DNA of 61,652 bases, counting the filler, from Choristocarpus tenellus KU-1152 (taxonomy: Eukaryota; Protista; Phaeophyceae): NCBI GenBank assembly GCA_964200185.2. It is 12 parts of 12 records of this genome, joined end to end, with 100 filler letters (N's around TTAATTAATTAA, not from the genome) between each part and the next. Parts side by side here need not be neighbours in the genome. Positions count along the whole stretch, not along the records: positions 1 to 8,317 come from CAXNAD020004863.1; positions 8,418 to 18,349 come from CAXNAD020003270.1; 10 more parts are not named here. One strand, given 5' to 3'. The first letter of the stretch is position 1. Each line of letters opens with the position of its first letter. Shown in pieces: positions 1 through 12,000 of this stretch. The notes beneath the pieces were generated by a model. It worked only from the letters and a program-made list of their open reading frames with translations. It made no database searches and had not been told where the DNA came from. The position numbers were made by a program, and so were the translations under genes.

Positions 1-1726
1 AGCACAATTGGATAACAGTATGGTTGTGAATTGTACAACTGTAGTGCTCTACTTTGGTGTCTGTGCTTGGAGGAAGGCTTCTGTATCTACACGTTCTAAC
101 AGAAACAACACACGGCAATAGCTACGGGATGGTGGCTGCTAGTGCATTGTAATTTTGACTGGGTGGGTAGGGAGAGTGCATTCGTCTGTAATCAAGGTTT
201 CTCACTAGGTTTAGAATACAATTGGACCATTTCTTGCTGGCTGGGCATGAGAGATGTGGTGGGCCTGATGAGGGAAACCCAGAATGGTCAGGTTTGTCAG
301 TAGAAGCTCTGTGTCCAACATATCTATCAGAGAGGGCTACAGGGCCCACATCCCGACCTGCTAACCATTGTAGGATGAAATTTGCATGATCATGCACCGG
401 AGAAGAAGTATTCAATTTCCATTCACTTCTCCCTGCCAGGCCATGGTCAAATCCCCCTGTTTTGAGCTTGATCAAGTGCAAGAGGTGGTTGCTGACTTCA
501 AGGTGAGGACTTTAATGGGGCGGGACACAGGGACGGCAAGGGAACAGGGTTGATTGGAAGAAGTGGAAAGCAGCGCATTGATGGCCCCAGGCCAAAACTG
601 GGTGCTCCTGAGTATGTATGTATTTTTTTAATATTGAGGTATGTAGGGGTACCATTAGACACCACAAACAACAGTGTGCACCTCCAGGTATCCGTACACT
701 ACATCCAGTCATTGGTGATACGGGGAAAATGTTTAGGTGATGATCATGCTGTGAATCATGGCAGGCAGGGAATTCACGAAAGATTCTCCTACAGTAGATT
801 TGTCATTGTTCTCTCAGTGGGACACCCCAGCATCGACATTTGCTTGAACGGTGTTGGACTAACCTTTCCATACTTCCCTCCTTCCTGGCCAGTCACCCAC
901 AGAAAATCAGGACGGGACAGGGGATCTTGTCCAGGACACGCAAGCCAGTGCTGGACTCAAAGGAAGTACTGACTGCTCCAAGATGAGGTCAGTGCACAAT
1001 CGGGATGTTCCTCTCACAAGGGTTGCATATTGGTGGGTCAATACAATCATTGCAATCACTCTCCTCCCTTTGCCTATGAAGAGGTTCAGCTCAACTACTT
1101 CCAGGTGGTTTCTCCAATGCATCTATAATATGACAGAGTGTATATATATATATGAGTAGTTCCTAGCAATTTCCCCCTCCCTATAAACGCACAATGTACT
1201 CTCTCCAATTTGCCTCACCTCCAGCGCATTGTCAACTTCCGACAATAATGCCGACTTGGGAGCACAAAGACGAGAGGACCAAGGAGAATGGCTAGACGGT
1301 TTCTATGTAAGCAAGGGAAACCTATGGGTGTTCACCTATTGTGGAAGAAGTAGCAGAGTGTTATGATTCCTTAGTTACCATGGAGATGGTCAGACTCTTC
1401 AGTGTTCTTACTCATGGGGCACTGTAGAAGTTGCAAAAATGTGTGTCGTGTGGGTTGGCTTAGTGGTCCCAAGCTCTTCAAGCATCAGGCCAATGATATC
1501 ATATCACCTAGTGCTTTTGGATACAAGAGCAAATGGGACATGAAAGTACAAGGTATGTGTTGATTGGTTCCCGTCTGTGAAAAGAGACATGATGAGAAGG
1601 TACAGCAATAAGAAGAAGAACAAACACTATAGATTGGGCACTACGTAGCACCTCGAATACTGCCAAGAATATTTCTACTAGCCCTAAGGCCCTTTACAAT
1701 ACTTCAGGCATCAATGCCTTCCACTA

Positions 1727-1983
1727 GAGTGAAAGTATCTTAGAGGGTATGACATTTGCCCTGTTTGTCCGTATGGGGCTTGTCTTCCTCCGGGTTTGTT
1801 ATGGCATTTTCCTACTCCTAAATCATTTTGGAGTAGGTAAAATGTATACGTTATGAAAAGGTGTGTCTGGAACAAGGATATTGACACTTCCTAACAACAC
1901 AAAAGCCAAAATTTCATCAACATCGCAACATTGGAATTTGGCCCCAAATGGACGCGGCTCTACCCTCTAAGATACTTGAACTC
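1727..1983 (-). mobile_element. Sola2-like MITE, subfamily A (~258 bp)
   Basis: TIR gagtgaaagtatcttagagggta ... taccctctaagatacttgaactc; flanks acta/acaa (degenerate 4-bp TSD); reverse-orientation copy of 2952-3210. Confidence 0.85.
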
Positions 1984-2640
1984 ACAAAGTATATAATGTC
2001 CCACTCTTTTTGCACACTGGTCTGTTGGGGTTGACCTACTGTACTTCCTGACGTTCCTTAGTCCCTTTTGATTAGTATTCTCGCTCCCCTGCATCTAAGA
2101 GATCCCACACTCGAGCAACAACAACTACATATTATTGATTTGTCTCTTATGTGTCCAAACTCCACCCCTTAGCGAGCCTGCCCTGCCCCCTCACAGAAAG
2201 AACGCAGAGGGATGGACTTAACCCTTGTGAATGCTGGGGCGATGATGCGCGAACTAAAGGTGAGCTTGTTCTTCTTACCACCAGGCCAAATATTGTAGGG
2301 TCATTATCTATCTACATGCAGCAGTGGCTCATTCAAACGTTCAAAGTACCTTGGTTTTCAAGTATAATCTGTTCTGCCATACCAAACTCCACGACATGCT
2401 GCTGATGAGGAATTGTTGTGAGTAGTGAGCACAGTCTGCACAGTTGGTTTCCTTTGTGTCTGGTAACTGTTGGTAACACACCCCAAGGAGGTTAAACGAG
2501 GAACTGTTTATGATGAGGCAGCAAGGGCAATGATAGCTGAACTCAGTAGGCGAAAAATCTCCTCCCTTGAACGTGCACTACCACTCTATGTTTGATTTGG
2601 CTTTCGTTTGTTGTAACAATCCAACTCTTGCTTCATGTAG

Positions 2641-5600
2641 GTCAAGCAACTCGATCTGAGGAGGGAGCTCATGGTCCTCAAGGCGACTCAAAACGACAAT
2701 GGCTCAGTAGATGCGCCACTCCCAAGGCTGGAGAGGCAATTGAAAAAGGGCCCTCAATCACCAGCTAGTGAGCAGTCAAATACTCTTGTTCATCATGACA
2801 ACAAGAAGCATCTCAGACGAACCAGAAAGTTGTTGGGCATCTGCAAACCAAGGAAGAACATCATCATTGACCCGTCTCATTTTGAGTATAAAGCTGTACT
2901 TGGGGAGGGGACATTTGGTGAGTAAGAGCGTCCCATGCTGTATAGTATTGAGACCCGAAGTATCTTAGAGGGTAGAGTCGCGTCCATTTGGAGGTCAAAA
3001 CCCAATGTTGCGATTTTGATGTAATTTTGGCCATCGTGTTTATTAGGAAGTGTCAATATCCATGTTCTGAACATACCTTTTCATCACGTATACACTTTAC
3101 CTACTCCTAAACATTTTGGAGAAGGAAAATGTCATAAAAGAACCAATGGGAAGCCAAGCCCCAAATGGACAAACAGGGCAAAACTCGTACCCTCTAAGAT
3201 ACTTTCACTCTTGATCCAATTGCAGAAGGCAACCCCAGTATTGTTTCGTGGGAGGCGCTACTGAGTCCATCGTAGACAGCTAACTGCAAGTTTGTACATA
3301 CGGGGAAATGCCTCAAGAGTATCATACCTACATACTTCGTATACTCTAGAGTACTACATGGCAATTGCATTACCAAAATATGTGTCATCCCCCATAGGGT
3401 TGTACACCTCAGTACAAACTCTTGCCACACCAAGAGAATGAGGCAGTGAATGTCTTACCTACGGTAAAGTTGATGAATGCACCACTCTAGGATTGGAGAC
3501 CCTGGTTACCGGAGAATGAATTATTCTGGACTTCAGTTCTCGGAGCTAGTGACCCATTGACCACGTGCGTCAGGGTGACACTGCCAACCACACTGGGCCA
3601 ACAGAGACAAAAATCAATGAACGCAACAGAAAGATCGAGCTTGGGATTCACTTGCTTGCAACATGTTTTCACATCTTTGCAGCCAGCCGCATCCAGTGTA
3701 CAATGAATGACCAATTGGCGTTGATGTTGTAAAAATGTCACACCACCATCTATGGGGTGGGTGGAGTGCCACGGTAGAGACCCATAAGCAATTGCATAAG
3801 TGAGTGTTAGCTGTGGTGTGGAAGAAGGGGCTTTAGGTTGTATGTTCACATGAAAGTGGATAGTATCTTCTTGCTGATGGGGCCGAGCGGCAGGCAGGGG
3901 GCATGATATGCAAGAAATAGAAGTATTCCATTCTAGGGGTTACAACCTGACAGAAATAAGACAAGAAGAACTTCCTACTGCTGGAGAAAATGTTACAGGG
4001 TACATCTTGCCCCCAAGACAGGACGAATTCAAGCCTCAGACAGTTTTGATCCTTACCGGAAGTCTTTTGCCGTAGACTACCCCCTGTCTACCTGCTCCTT
4101 CCCTGTGGGTATAGGTTTTGGTCAATTTGATGACAGTAGCTTTGAGCACGGTGACCAGTGGAGGCATGTTCAAGATGGCTTGTGAACCACTTTCATCCTC
4201 CCTGGTCAAACTAATACAAGCTTGAACTGCAGTGTGTGCCATTTGGGGCCCCCATGGCCTCATCATGTGATTGATCAGACTATGACTCTGAATGAGAGAA
4301 TTCTCAAATGTAATGCTTCCTCTCATTAAGGCCAGAAGCGCAATCAGGCAGGTCCTTCATAATCTTATAGTGCATGAGATCCCCCACAGCTCACTACCGT
4401 TCAATGCTATTTTCCGCAAGGAGAGCAAGGAACCTGATAATTTCTATCCCCTGATGACCCTTGCCCCCTGCCTTTCTGCCTTTGTGGGCGCTCTCACAAC
4501 AACTCTGATTATAGGGAGCGTAATGCTTGCTAAGTACCACCCCGATCCAAGATCGGTTCCAACAACGTTGAGCAATTTGGCGGAGCACTTTTGTGATGAG
4601 GACAAATCCCTCATTGCTGTGAAGAAGCAGCTTTCTCACATGGAAGAAAGCTTTGAAGGGGTGAGGATACACATGCGAACTAGAAACTTGTAACCATTAG
4701 GATAGAAATGATCCCATTGCCAGGAGGAGCACAACATACACATCAGTAGTAGATGGTCTTCAAATTTGATCAAGGAAGTAATAGATGGTATTCCCTACCC
4801 AGCATGTCATACTAAAGTGTTCAATTCCCTCAATATCCTAGTGCTGGTGCCTTCTCTTGGGCAAGAACATCTAGAAGGGAGACTACCATCCCACTCCCTA
4901 TTTGACTGTGTCCTTATGACAATGAGTGTACCCTGTGACCCCAAAACTTGAAACAGGAGCACCTTCTGCTGAAGATGGACCACCCTTCCATTATCGCGAC
5001 ATTTGGTATCTGTAAGGATTGCCCAAATTCCCTGGTGATGGAGTACATGTCCGGGGGGAATGCATTGGACTTTGTGGAGAGCGTGGCACACAGGTATGAT
5101 TCAGTCCTCGGGATCAGGAGCCCTGAACCTTTTGCTCTTATGTACCAGAACTTGGGGGTCGTAGTTCAGAGACATTGGAATGACTGATAAATCGACCCTT
5201 CACCTTCAAGTTCCCTCCTAGGAGGATTTCCTCCCTTAGCCTTTCCCTGGCTTGACGATCATTCCTCGCTGGCACTGTGGAGTCCGTCATCTCCAACAAT
5301 GTAAACAGTCCAACCAGGTACCAAGTCTTAGGACCTTCCATTCAATAGAGGTTAAGCCCAAGCAAAAATGTCAGTGCAAGGTCAAAGCATAATCATTGCC
5401 CCTCAATTGAAATGTGAGGTATGCAACATATACTTTGGTCATATTATTGGCCTTGGATTGCAACTTATTTTCTCATGCACCTGACCTCAGAGTTGTTGAC
5501 TGGTTGCACTATTGTCAATGCGTCACAGTATTGCTCAAGGCAACTAATCAGAGCTTGGTTGATTCAATCCCCACCCCATCCCACCCAGTAGCGTGATTTC

Positions 5601-8197
5601 AGTGTCCTCCTCGTTTTTACATCACTACCTGTACCAGTGCACACCCCACCAAGTTCTTTCTCTTATCACCACAAGCACTTGAGTTAGCTGCACAACATTC
5701 TCAAGTGCAAATAGATACTATATTTGAAAGGGTGAATATGTTATATGCATCCTCACACAATCCTTAAACTGTAGTATACCATGTGATTGAGTCAGTGTGT
5801 GCCATGTTTATCCACCAGGTCTGTGCCTTGTGTATTTCTCAAGGCAATGCCTGCAAGTAGAATGACCAAAGACCCAACACATAGCAATGAAAAACCTGGC
5901 TGGCAATTGCTCTGTATGAGCCAATATCTGGGAGGAGTGCAGGGTGATTGATTTACCAAACATGTTTCAAACACTTCCAATTTGTTTTTCTCCTCACCTC
6001 CAAAGGATCACCCAACACTTGACGATCTCATCCAACCTATTTCACTACACTGATGGAACAACCACCCTAACCAACCTTCTCTCCTCGTCAGCAACGGAGG
6101 CCATGTGCCGGAAGGTGCTATTGCCAGAATTGCAAGGGGGGTCACCAGGTATGTTCTTGTGGTACTATACAACTATTTCACTTCGACATAGGGATAATAT
6201 GGAGGCGGGTGCAGCATGTGGGACTGATACATACATGTGATACTATTCCTGACAAACGCATATTTCCGTAATACTGGAGGACAGGGCTTGAGCGTTTTCA
6301 AGCATACAACGTAGAAACAACAACACCAGGCTACTCACTACTGCAAAGTCATTGACATCTCTCTTTCAGGTGTTTCCCCCCACACTTTGGACTGACAAAC
6401 TCTACACCCCTACTCCTTGTAAAGGACGCTTGTAATTGTTGTATTCTGAAGCAATAACTCATCAGACCCACAATCTGTGTCCTCTGTGATTGCCGGTGAT
6501 GGTGCTCTCAGTGCTCTGGCCTACCTGCATGAACGGAATGTTGTCCATGCCGATGTCAAAGGAAACAATATTCTCATCAGTTCCAAGGGGGTAAGGGTAT
6601 TGTGATATTTTTTGTATGGACTTTCATAAGCCAGGGCAACTAGAGCAGTGAAGATCTCCTCATGTAATGGTAGCGTAGAGAGGCCTCGACGTTCATACTA
6701 CAACATATTCCTGGATGCTCCTTCATGAACTGACCATTCCATTTCCAACTTGTCCTCCTTTGCACACTGTGGTGGTGCTAGCTGGCAAAACTCACTGACT
6801 TTGGACAGGCCATGGTCATAGACCCTAAGGTTGGCTTCAGGGAGCCAGACCGCGGAACCGAGGAGCACCGTGCACCTGAACTCATGCACAACATGGTGAG
6901 ATTCGACAGGAGATCCTTTACTTACTCAAGGACGTTTGCTTGGATAGTCGTAACATGGTATGAAGTGTGTATCCCTATGGAAATTGAGAATCCCACCGAG
7001 TTGTGCCCTTCCTTCTACCAGCTACAAATCTTGGTGCCAGCCCTGGGCGACCAAACAAGTATGTTAGTATTGAGCAAGTAAGTGTGATATGCCATTTGCC
7101 GCCATTTGTCTGAGGCAACACCTTGTATTTTTGGGAGGAAATGACCAGGGGGTCATGGTTGATCTTGTTCCGTATCTCATGTTCTTCTGACTCTCCTGGG
7201 GCTTGGCCTGATCTTCCTTTTGAGTCTTCTACACAATGTGCAAGTTGTTTATTACCCCTCCAACCTTGCAAGTGCGTATTTGACAGAACTGTATTCAATA
7301 TCCTGACCTGTGCAAAAATGCAAAACACCTCTTTTACACCAAGGAATGCTCCACAAGCACTTCATTCTCAAATTCAACACCACTCTCCGCCACAATAGGT
7401 TTAGGAATAGTTGTTTTGCATGCATGCAGGAGTGCAGGACATATGATTATGGTGAGAAAGGACGATATCTCCACCAGTCAATCACAATATTTCACTATCA
7501 TTCATATATGGTACATAGACATCTATCTCTGCCTTCCCAGACAAAAAACCCATACTGCCTTACGCCACCTACAATATTTTATGAGAAGAATAACACAGTT
7601 CTGTATTTGTGCCTTTCAGTATAGAGTGGTGCAGGAGAGTGTGGAGTAGTGTTGCACCGTCCTTTACTGCTTTTGGTTGCGTTGCAAGTGACTACAACTT
7701 CCAACATAGTACTTCATCATGAGCTACTTCTGGTACAGAGTGAATCCACATTGAAGATGAAATGAGAGTAGGAACCATTAGCATTGCAGCATGATGAATC
7801 CTTCTACAGAATGGACCCCTCCCTGTCTGATATTTTCGACAACACAAATATAATGCAGGTATCTCGTGTGCTTGGCTCAAGAGCCGAGATTGCATGTGGG
7901 ACGCCTGTCGACATCTGGGCTCTGGGAGTTACCCTGAGCATACTGGCCACACCAGTGGGTGGGCAATCCCTGCCCATATTCCCTGAATACGGTAGGCAGC
8001 CTGATGAGGCAGATGACACTGGTGTGGCAGTCCCTTCCCTCAGTGGGTGTACGGGCAAGGGTGCCACACCAGTAAGCCAGGGGGCAGGGGATAGTTTTGG
8101 CTTATCTTCTGACTGCGGGGAGAGGTCAAATGAGCCACGGGACACTGGAGATGTGCCTTGTTCGTCCAATGGGGAGAGCACACGCAAGTTTGCTGAG
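2641..8197 (+). CDS. Protein kinase (Ser/Thr or TKL-like), non-RD; partial gene with uncertain 5' exons and 3' end cut by the contig end
   Basis: GT-AG exons with matching phases: 2641-2917, 4515-4660, 4957-5092, 6452-6590, 6782-6895, 7859-8197. The spliced product has GEGTFGSV (Gly loop), IAVKK, alphaC Glu in FEGEHLLL, HPSII..LVMEYMSGG, LAYLHERNVVHADVKGNNILI, DFG, RAPE and DIWALG. Possible extra upstream exons near 2197-2259 and 1225-1552 are not confirmed. Confidence 0.92.
2952..3210 (+). mobile_element. Sola2-like MITE, subfamily A, in a kinase intron
   Basis: TIR gacccgaagtatcttagagggta / taccctctaagatactttcactc; perfect 4-bp TSD TTGA (2948-2951 and 3211-3214). Confidence 0.9.
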
Positions 8198-8317
8198 GTA
8201 AGAGTTGCCTTGAAGTGTCGTGGTGGATACAGTTTCCTTTCTGTGACTAATGAGGCCATTGCTTTTGCTGTTTATCGATGCATATCATGTGTTTGGGTGC
8301 AAGCGTGTCACACACCC

Positions 8318-8417
8318 NNNNNNNNNNNNNNNNNNNNNNNNNNNNNNNNNNNNNNNNNNNNTTAATTAATTAANNNNNNNNNNNNNNNNNNNNNNNNNNN
8401 NNNNNNNNNNNNNNNNN
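8318..8417. other. Artificial contig-joining spacer (N-run, TTAATTAATTAA, N-run); first of 11
   Basis: An identical ~100-nt spacer with a six-frame-stop palindrome also starts at ~18350, 21648, 28075, 31156, 37886, 41953, 46192, 50374, 53712 and 57714. Confidence 0.97.
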
Positions 8418-8429
8418 GTGTTCTTACGT

Positions 8430-8531
8430 TTAGGATATTTCATTTCTTTAGGGCAAATAACGACATATATATATAGTTTTCATCGGGCTTCCCCCTGACA
8501 CATCTGCAAAATGTCAGAGGGCATAATAATA
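8430..8531. mobile_element. Single arm of the fold-back MITE family ending GGGCATAATAATA
   Basis: ccctgacacatctgcaaaatgtcagagggcataataata matches the right arm of 13476-13827; cut by the contig start. Confidence 0.65.
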
Positions 8532-8687
8532 TATTATAATAACTCCAAAATGTGAAAGGTCATAATAATATAATAATAGTATTATACAGGGGAGAGGTAC
8601 ATACATATATTTCTTGTCCTCCCCCGTTGATTTTGTAAATACACGTTTTCTCTCGGAACAATGACGTATGTAAGATTTCTGTATAAA

Positions 8688-8788
8688 AGCCGATTTCAAA
8701 AATTGAGGATGGAGCTTTTCATTGAGGATGGGCTTGACCCAAAATTGACTAGGATTAAAAGCTCGATCCTCAATTTTTGAAATCGACT
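8688..8788. repeat. Inverted repeat (GATTTCAAAAATTGAGGAT ... ATCCTCAATTTTTGAAATC), probable TE subterminal structure
   Basis: Perfect ~19-bp arms; a related gatttcaagaattgaggatgg...ttgaggatgggtttgacc motif recurs at ~44977-45030. Confidence 0.65.
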
Positions 8789-8899
8789 GTTGTATGCACG
8801 TTTTTCACATGAGGCAGAAACATTTCCTTAATTCATTTACAGGTAGTTGTAGTTAGAAAAGGGTTCATGATGTCATTTCCCAAAAGCTGTCTTAGCTTC

Positions 8900-10060
8900 A
8901 TCGATATTCACGCGTTCGTATTATCATTATATGGAGTGGCTTATTCATGACTCCGGGTAACCCTAAGGTGTGACTTCAAACTGATTATTTTATCTGACTC
9001 GTATTAGTTGTTGTGAGCCATTCTTCCATAGCAAAATTATTTTTCCCCATTTCATAAGTATGAAAAGAATGCGTATGACTAGTAGTTTTTGAAATGATGC
9101 TTCACATCTTCCTTTTTGATAAATAGGCGTTGGGGCATATTCAAATAATAATCCATCAACGAGTCCAAATACAGTTTGTGCATTCAATATGTTGGATGCA
9201 TGTGATATCTAATAGTGTGAATGATACATGAGATATGCCATTTTTCATTTAACTCTGTTTTTTTTACAGTGAGATGAGTTACAGATGCATTCTGAAACTG
9301 TGTGAAAGAAAGAGGAAAGGTTCAAATGTTTCCTCATTTTTCGTTGCATTGGTTGAAGATGAACCCATCCAATACATTTCTCATGGTATTGATGTAGGGT
9401 GGAAGGCTTATGTGTTGAGTTATTGGAGTAGGTTTCATCTGTGGAACAGTCATAAATTGATCTAGATGCGTTGAGTCTCATACCTTGTCGATTTCTCCCC
9501 CATACACGAGTCATGTTCTCAAAACGAGATCTACAACCCATTGTGATATTTTCTCCAACCCATAGTTTACCATGGAACGTGTTTACAATTGATTGCCAAG
9601 TGTGTGTGGATGGAATGGGTAAATAGAAGTACACTTTGAGGTTGAGGTAGTAAACTACTCCGAGTATTAAGAATTTTTGGTGAAAATTAAGTGGTTTGGG
9701 GCAATTGTTACAACTCCATCCTTTTCGAAGAACTAGAATAATATATGAACGTAGTTCTTGATACTTTATTGGAATTTTCATTATTATATTAGCATTAGAG
9801 TTGTTGCATACAACTACCCCAACAGACTAGGAATAATAGTTCATTCTACCCGAGACTGTATCCTCTTCTGAAACGATTTTGCACATCTCATGAGTTTAGT
9901 AACCCGTATCCCTTACTCCTCCCAAATAATGATATGAGTGCTTGCATACCTCGTTCCTGTATCAAGAAGAGAAGGACGAATAACTTGCCTCAATAGGCTT
10001 TTTGTATCATAAATTATTGAAAGGTAAAATACGATAATGATGGTACCAATACTACCACCT
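8900..10060 (-). pseudogene. Degenerate AT-rich ORF remnant resembling two tandem Hint-like domains
   Basis: Frameshifted fragments: TKLMR, DTV..YYS, DGVVTIAPNHLIF, VNTFHGKLWVGENITMGC; then CSTDET, TMRNVLDG, FEPFLFLSH, HSFHTY..KNNFAM..LTTTN. Pattern recognition only. Confidence 0.3.
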
Positions 10061-10749
10061 TACTATGAGACTGTGAACAGTTTGACTACGACGTCCTACG
10101 TAGTGTGCAACATACACACACACACTCACAAGAATATATACGTAAACCTTTTTATATATATTTATGTGTGTGTTTTTTAAGAGCACTACAAATAGAAAAA
10201 GGTGGAGCAGTGACCCCATCTATGTTCTATATTATCATTTATCATGCATTGTCCACTCTCTTGTTGAAATCACAACAGTACATAGAAAATACGAAAGCAA
10301 CACTCTTTTTCTGATGCTGACCACTTCAAGAAAACGTTGTTGAGAGTGTCAACTTCCGGTATTAAGTACCTATCACTGATGAAGAAAGAAAAAAATGTCC
10401 ATTGTGTGTCTCTCCTTCTGCTATCATCCAGCATATGTCGTGTGTTATAGACCAAAAACAGGTGGAGCAGTCATCTTCACTTTTGCAATACAGTTGTTTT
10501 TCTAACGCATTCTCGCATGCACATCTTACTACACGTAAGAGTGTTTGACCTTAAGAGTGCACACAGTTGAGTCTGTTGATATCTACACAATAAATGATAC
10601 CAAAAAATGACAATATATATATATATATATATTCCTATGTTAATCTTGGCATCGAGCCCACAGGACGAAACATGTAAGAGCCACGCCTCCCTAGTCTCTT
10701 ATTGCGAAACTCCTGGTCAGGCGCCTCTGTTGGGATGTGCTGGAAGGGG

Positions 10750-11220
10750 TCATCTTCGTCCTCCGTGTTTGACCGTGCTCCTCTTGCCATCCTCCTCGTC
10801 CCCTCCACCACCCTCCTCCTTGCCCTCATCATCCTCCCGCTCATCAATCGGTTCGAGGCGACCGAGGTTAAACATCATGATGGAAGTCCTTCCATCATGA
10901 TCATTGTCCTCTTCCCCAGCATCGGGAGGGAACATCTCATAGTCCTCGTTCGGGACACCACCTCTGCTTTCTCTCTGTTCCCCTCCCTCCTTCTCTTCCT
11001 CCTCCTGACTAATTGAAGGTGAGGACTCTTTTTCTTCTTCATCTTCATCATTGGCATCGAGGGACCTAGAAGAAACACCCGGTCCATCGATCTGCGTGTG
11101 TAGTATTCCTCGGAGGTTATTATATGCAGATTCTAAGTTGTGATAATTCACTTCCAGATCCTCCATTTTTTTCTCCATTTTTAAATGTTTCGCCTCCAAG
11201 GCTAAGAACTTGGCCGACAG
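10750..11220 (-). CDS. Probable terminal exon of an unknown coiled-coil + acidic low-complexity protein
   Basis: Acceptor tccctttcag before 11220; heptad-like LSAKFLALEAKHLKMEKKMEDLEVNYHNLESAYNNL followed by a D/E-rich tract; purine-rich coding bias. Confidence 0.5.
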   Translation of the reverse strand: MSAKFLALEAKHLKMEKKMEDLEVNYHNLESAYNNLRGILHTQIDGPGVSSRSLDANDEDEEEKESSPSISQEEEEKEGGEQRESRGGVPNEDYEMFPPDAGEEDNDHDGRTSIMMFNLGRLEPIDEREDDEGKEEGGGGDEEDGKRSTVKHGGRR

Positions 11221-11506
11221 CTGAAAGGGATGCAGGAAAATGGGGTTGCGGAGAGGAAAAGGGGTGGTAAACAGTATTCTCCCCCTTCTACACACATACA
11301 CTGTTGTTCAAATGGAGATGCATGTATGTAGTCTTCAATCTTACTCCTAAAAGAGCCCTACCTACTTGTGGTTGCATTGAGAGGGGATAAAGAATGAGAT
11401 ACATTTTACTCTCAGTCCTTGCACGTTGCGTTTTTGGTGCCATTTATAGTCCTTCTACTCGTCTAGACATAGCTTTCACTATTATTGTTGATGTTGAAAG
11501 TAATGA

Positions 11507-11640
11507 TAATAGTGAATAGATCAATGTTCTTCACATTTATGACAAGCTGTTTACTCTTAGAGGAATTTATTCTGACATGTGAATAGTTTCTGTTGATCTT
11601 TCCCTGACATGTCTGGAAAATGTTGGAGGGCATAATAATA
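11507..11640. mobile_element. Solo arm of the fold-back MITE family
   Basis: ttcacatttatgac...ttattctgacatgtgaatagttt...aaaatgttggagggcataataata closely matches the right arm of 13476-13827. Confidence 0.75.
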
Positions 11641-12000
11641 AAATAATAGTAATAGTAACAGTAAGTATTGATAGTGTTCATTACTGTGAATCGTCCAATT
11701 TGATGACTCATCGAAACCGTTCGTTCCTTGTCGCGCGAACCGCACTATGCTCGCGGAAATGAACCATTGCCATGCCTCAATTCGTCAGTTTGTTGTATGA
11801 CTTGTTACTATCGCTACAGAAGTAAAATATTCGTATTCAGTGCACCAAATGCTGTTTTGGCTGTGTTCTTTAAATAGTGCTTAGTACTCGAGTTGTGAGG
11901 AGAATTAGTAGGATCAACTATTTACACTATTACTGGCAAATATTCTATAATATTAAGTAAGACAAGGTTGTTGGAGTGGACTCGAGAGATGTTTTTCAAA

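Noticed and set aside
4292-4514. Hydrophobic stretch in ORF 4292-4693 as a receptor-kinase transmembrane helix
   Set aside because: It lies upstream of the acceptor at 4514, inside the intron that splits the Gly-rich loop.
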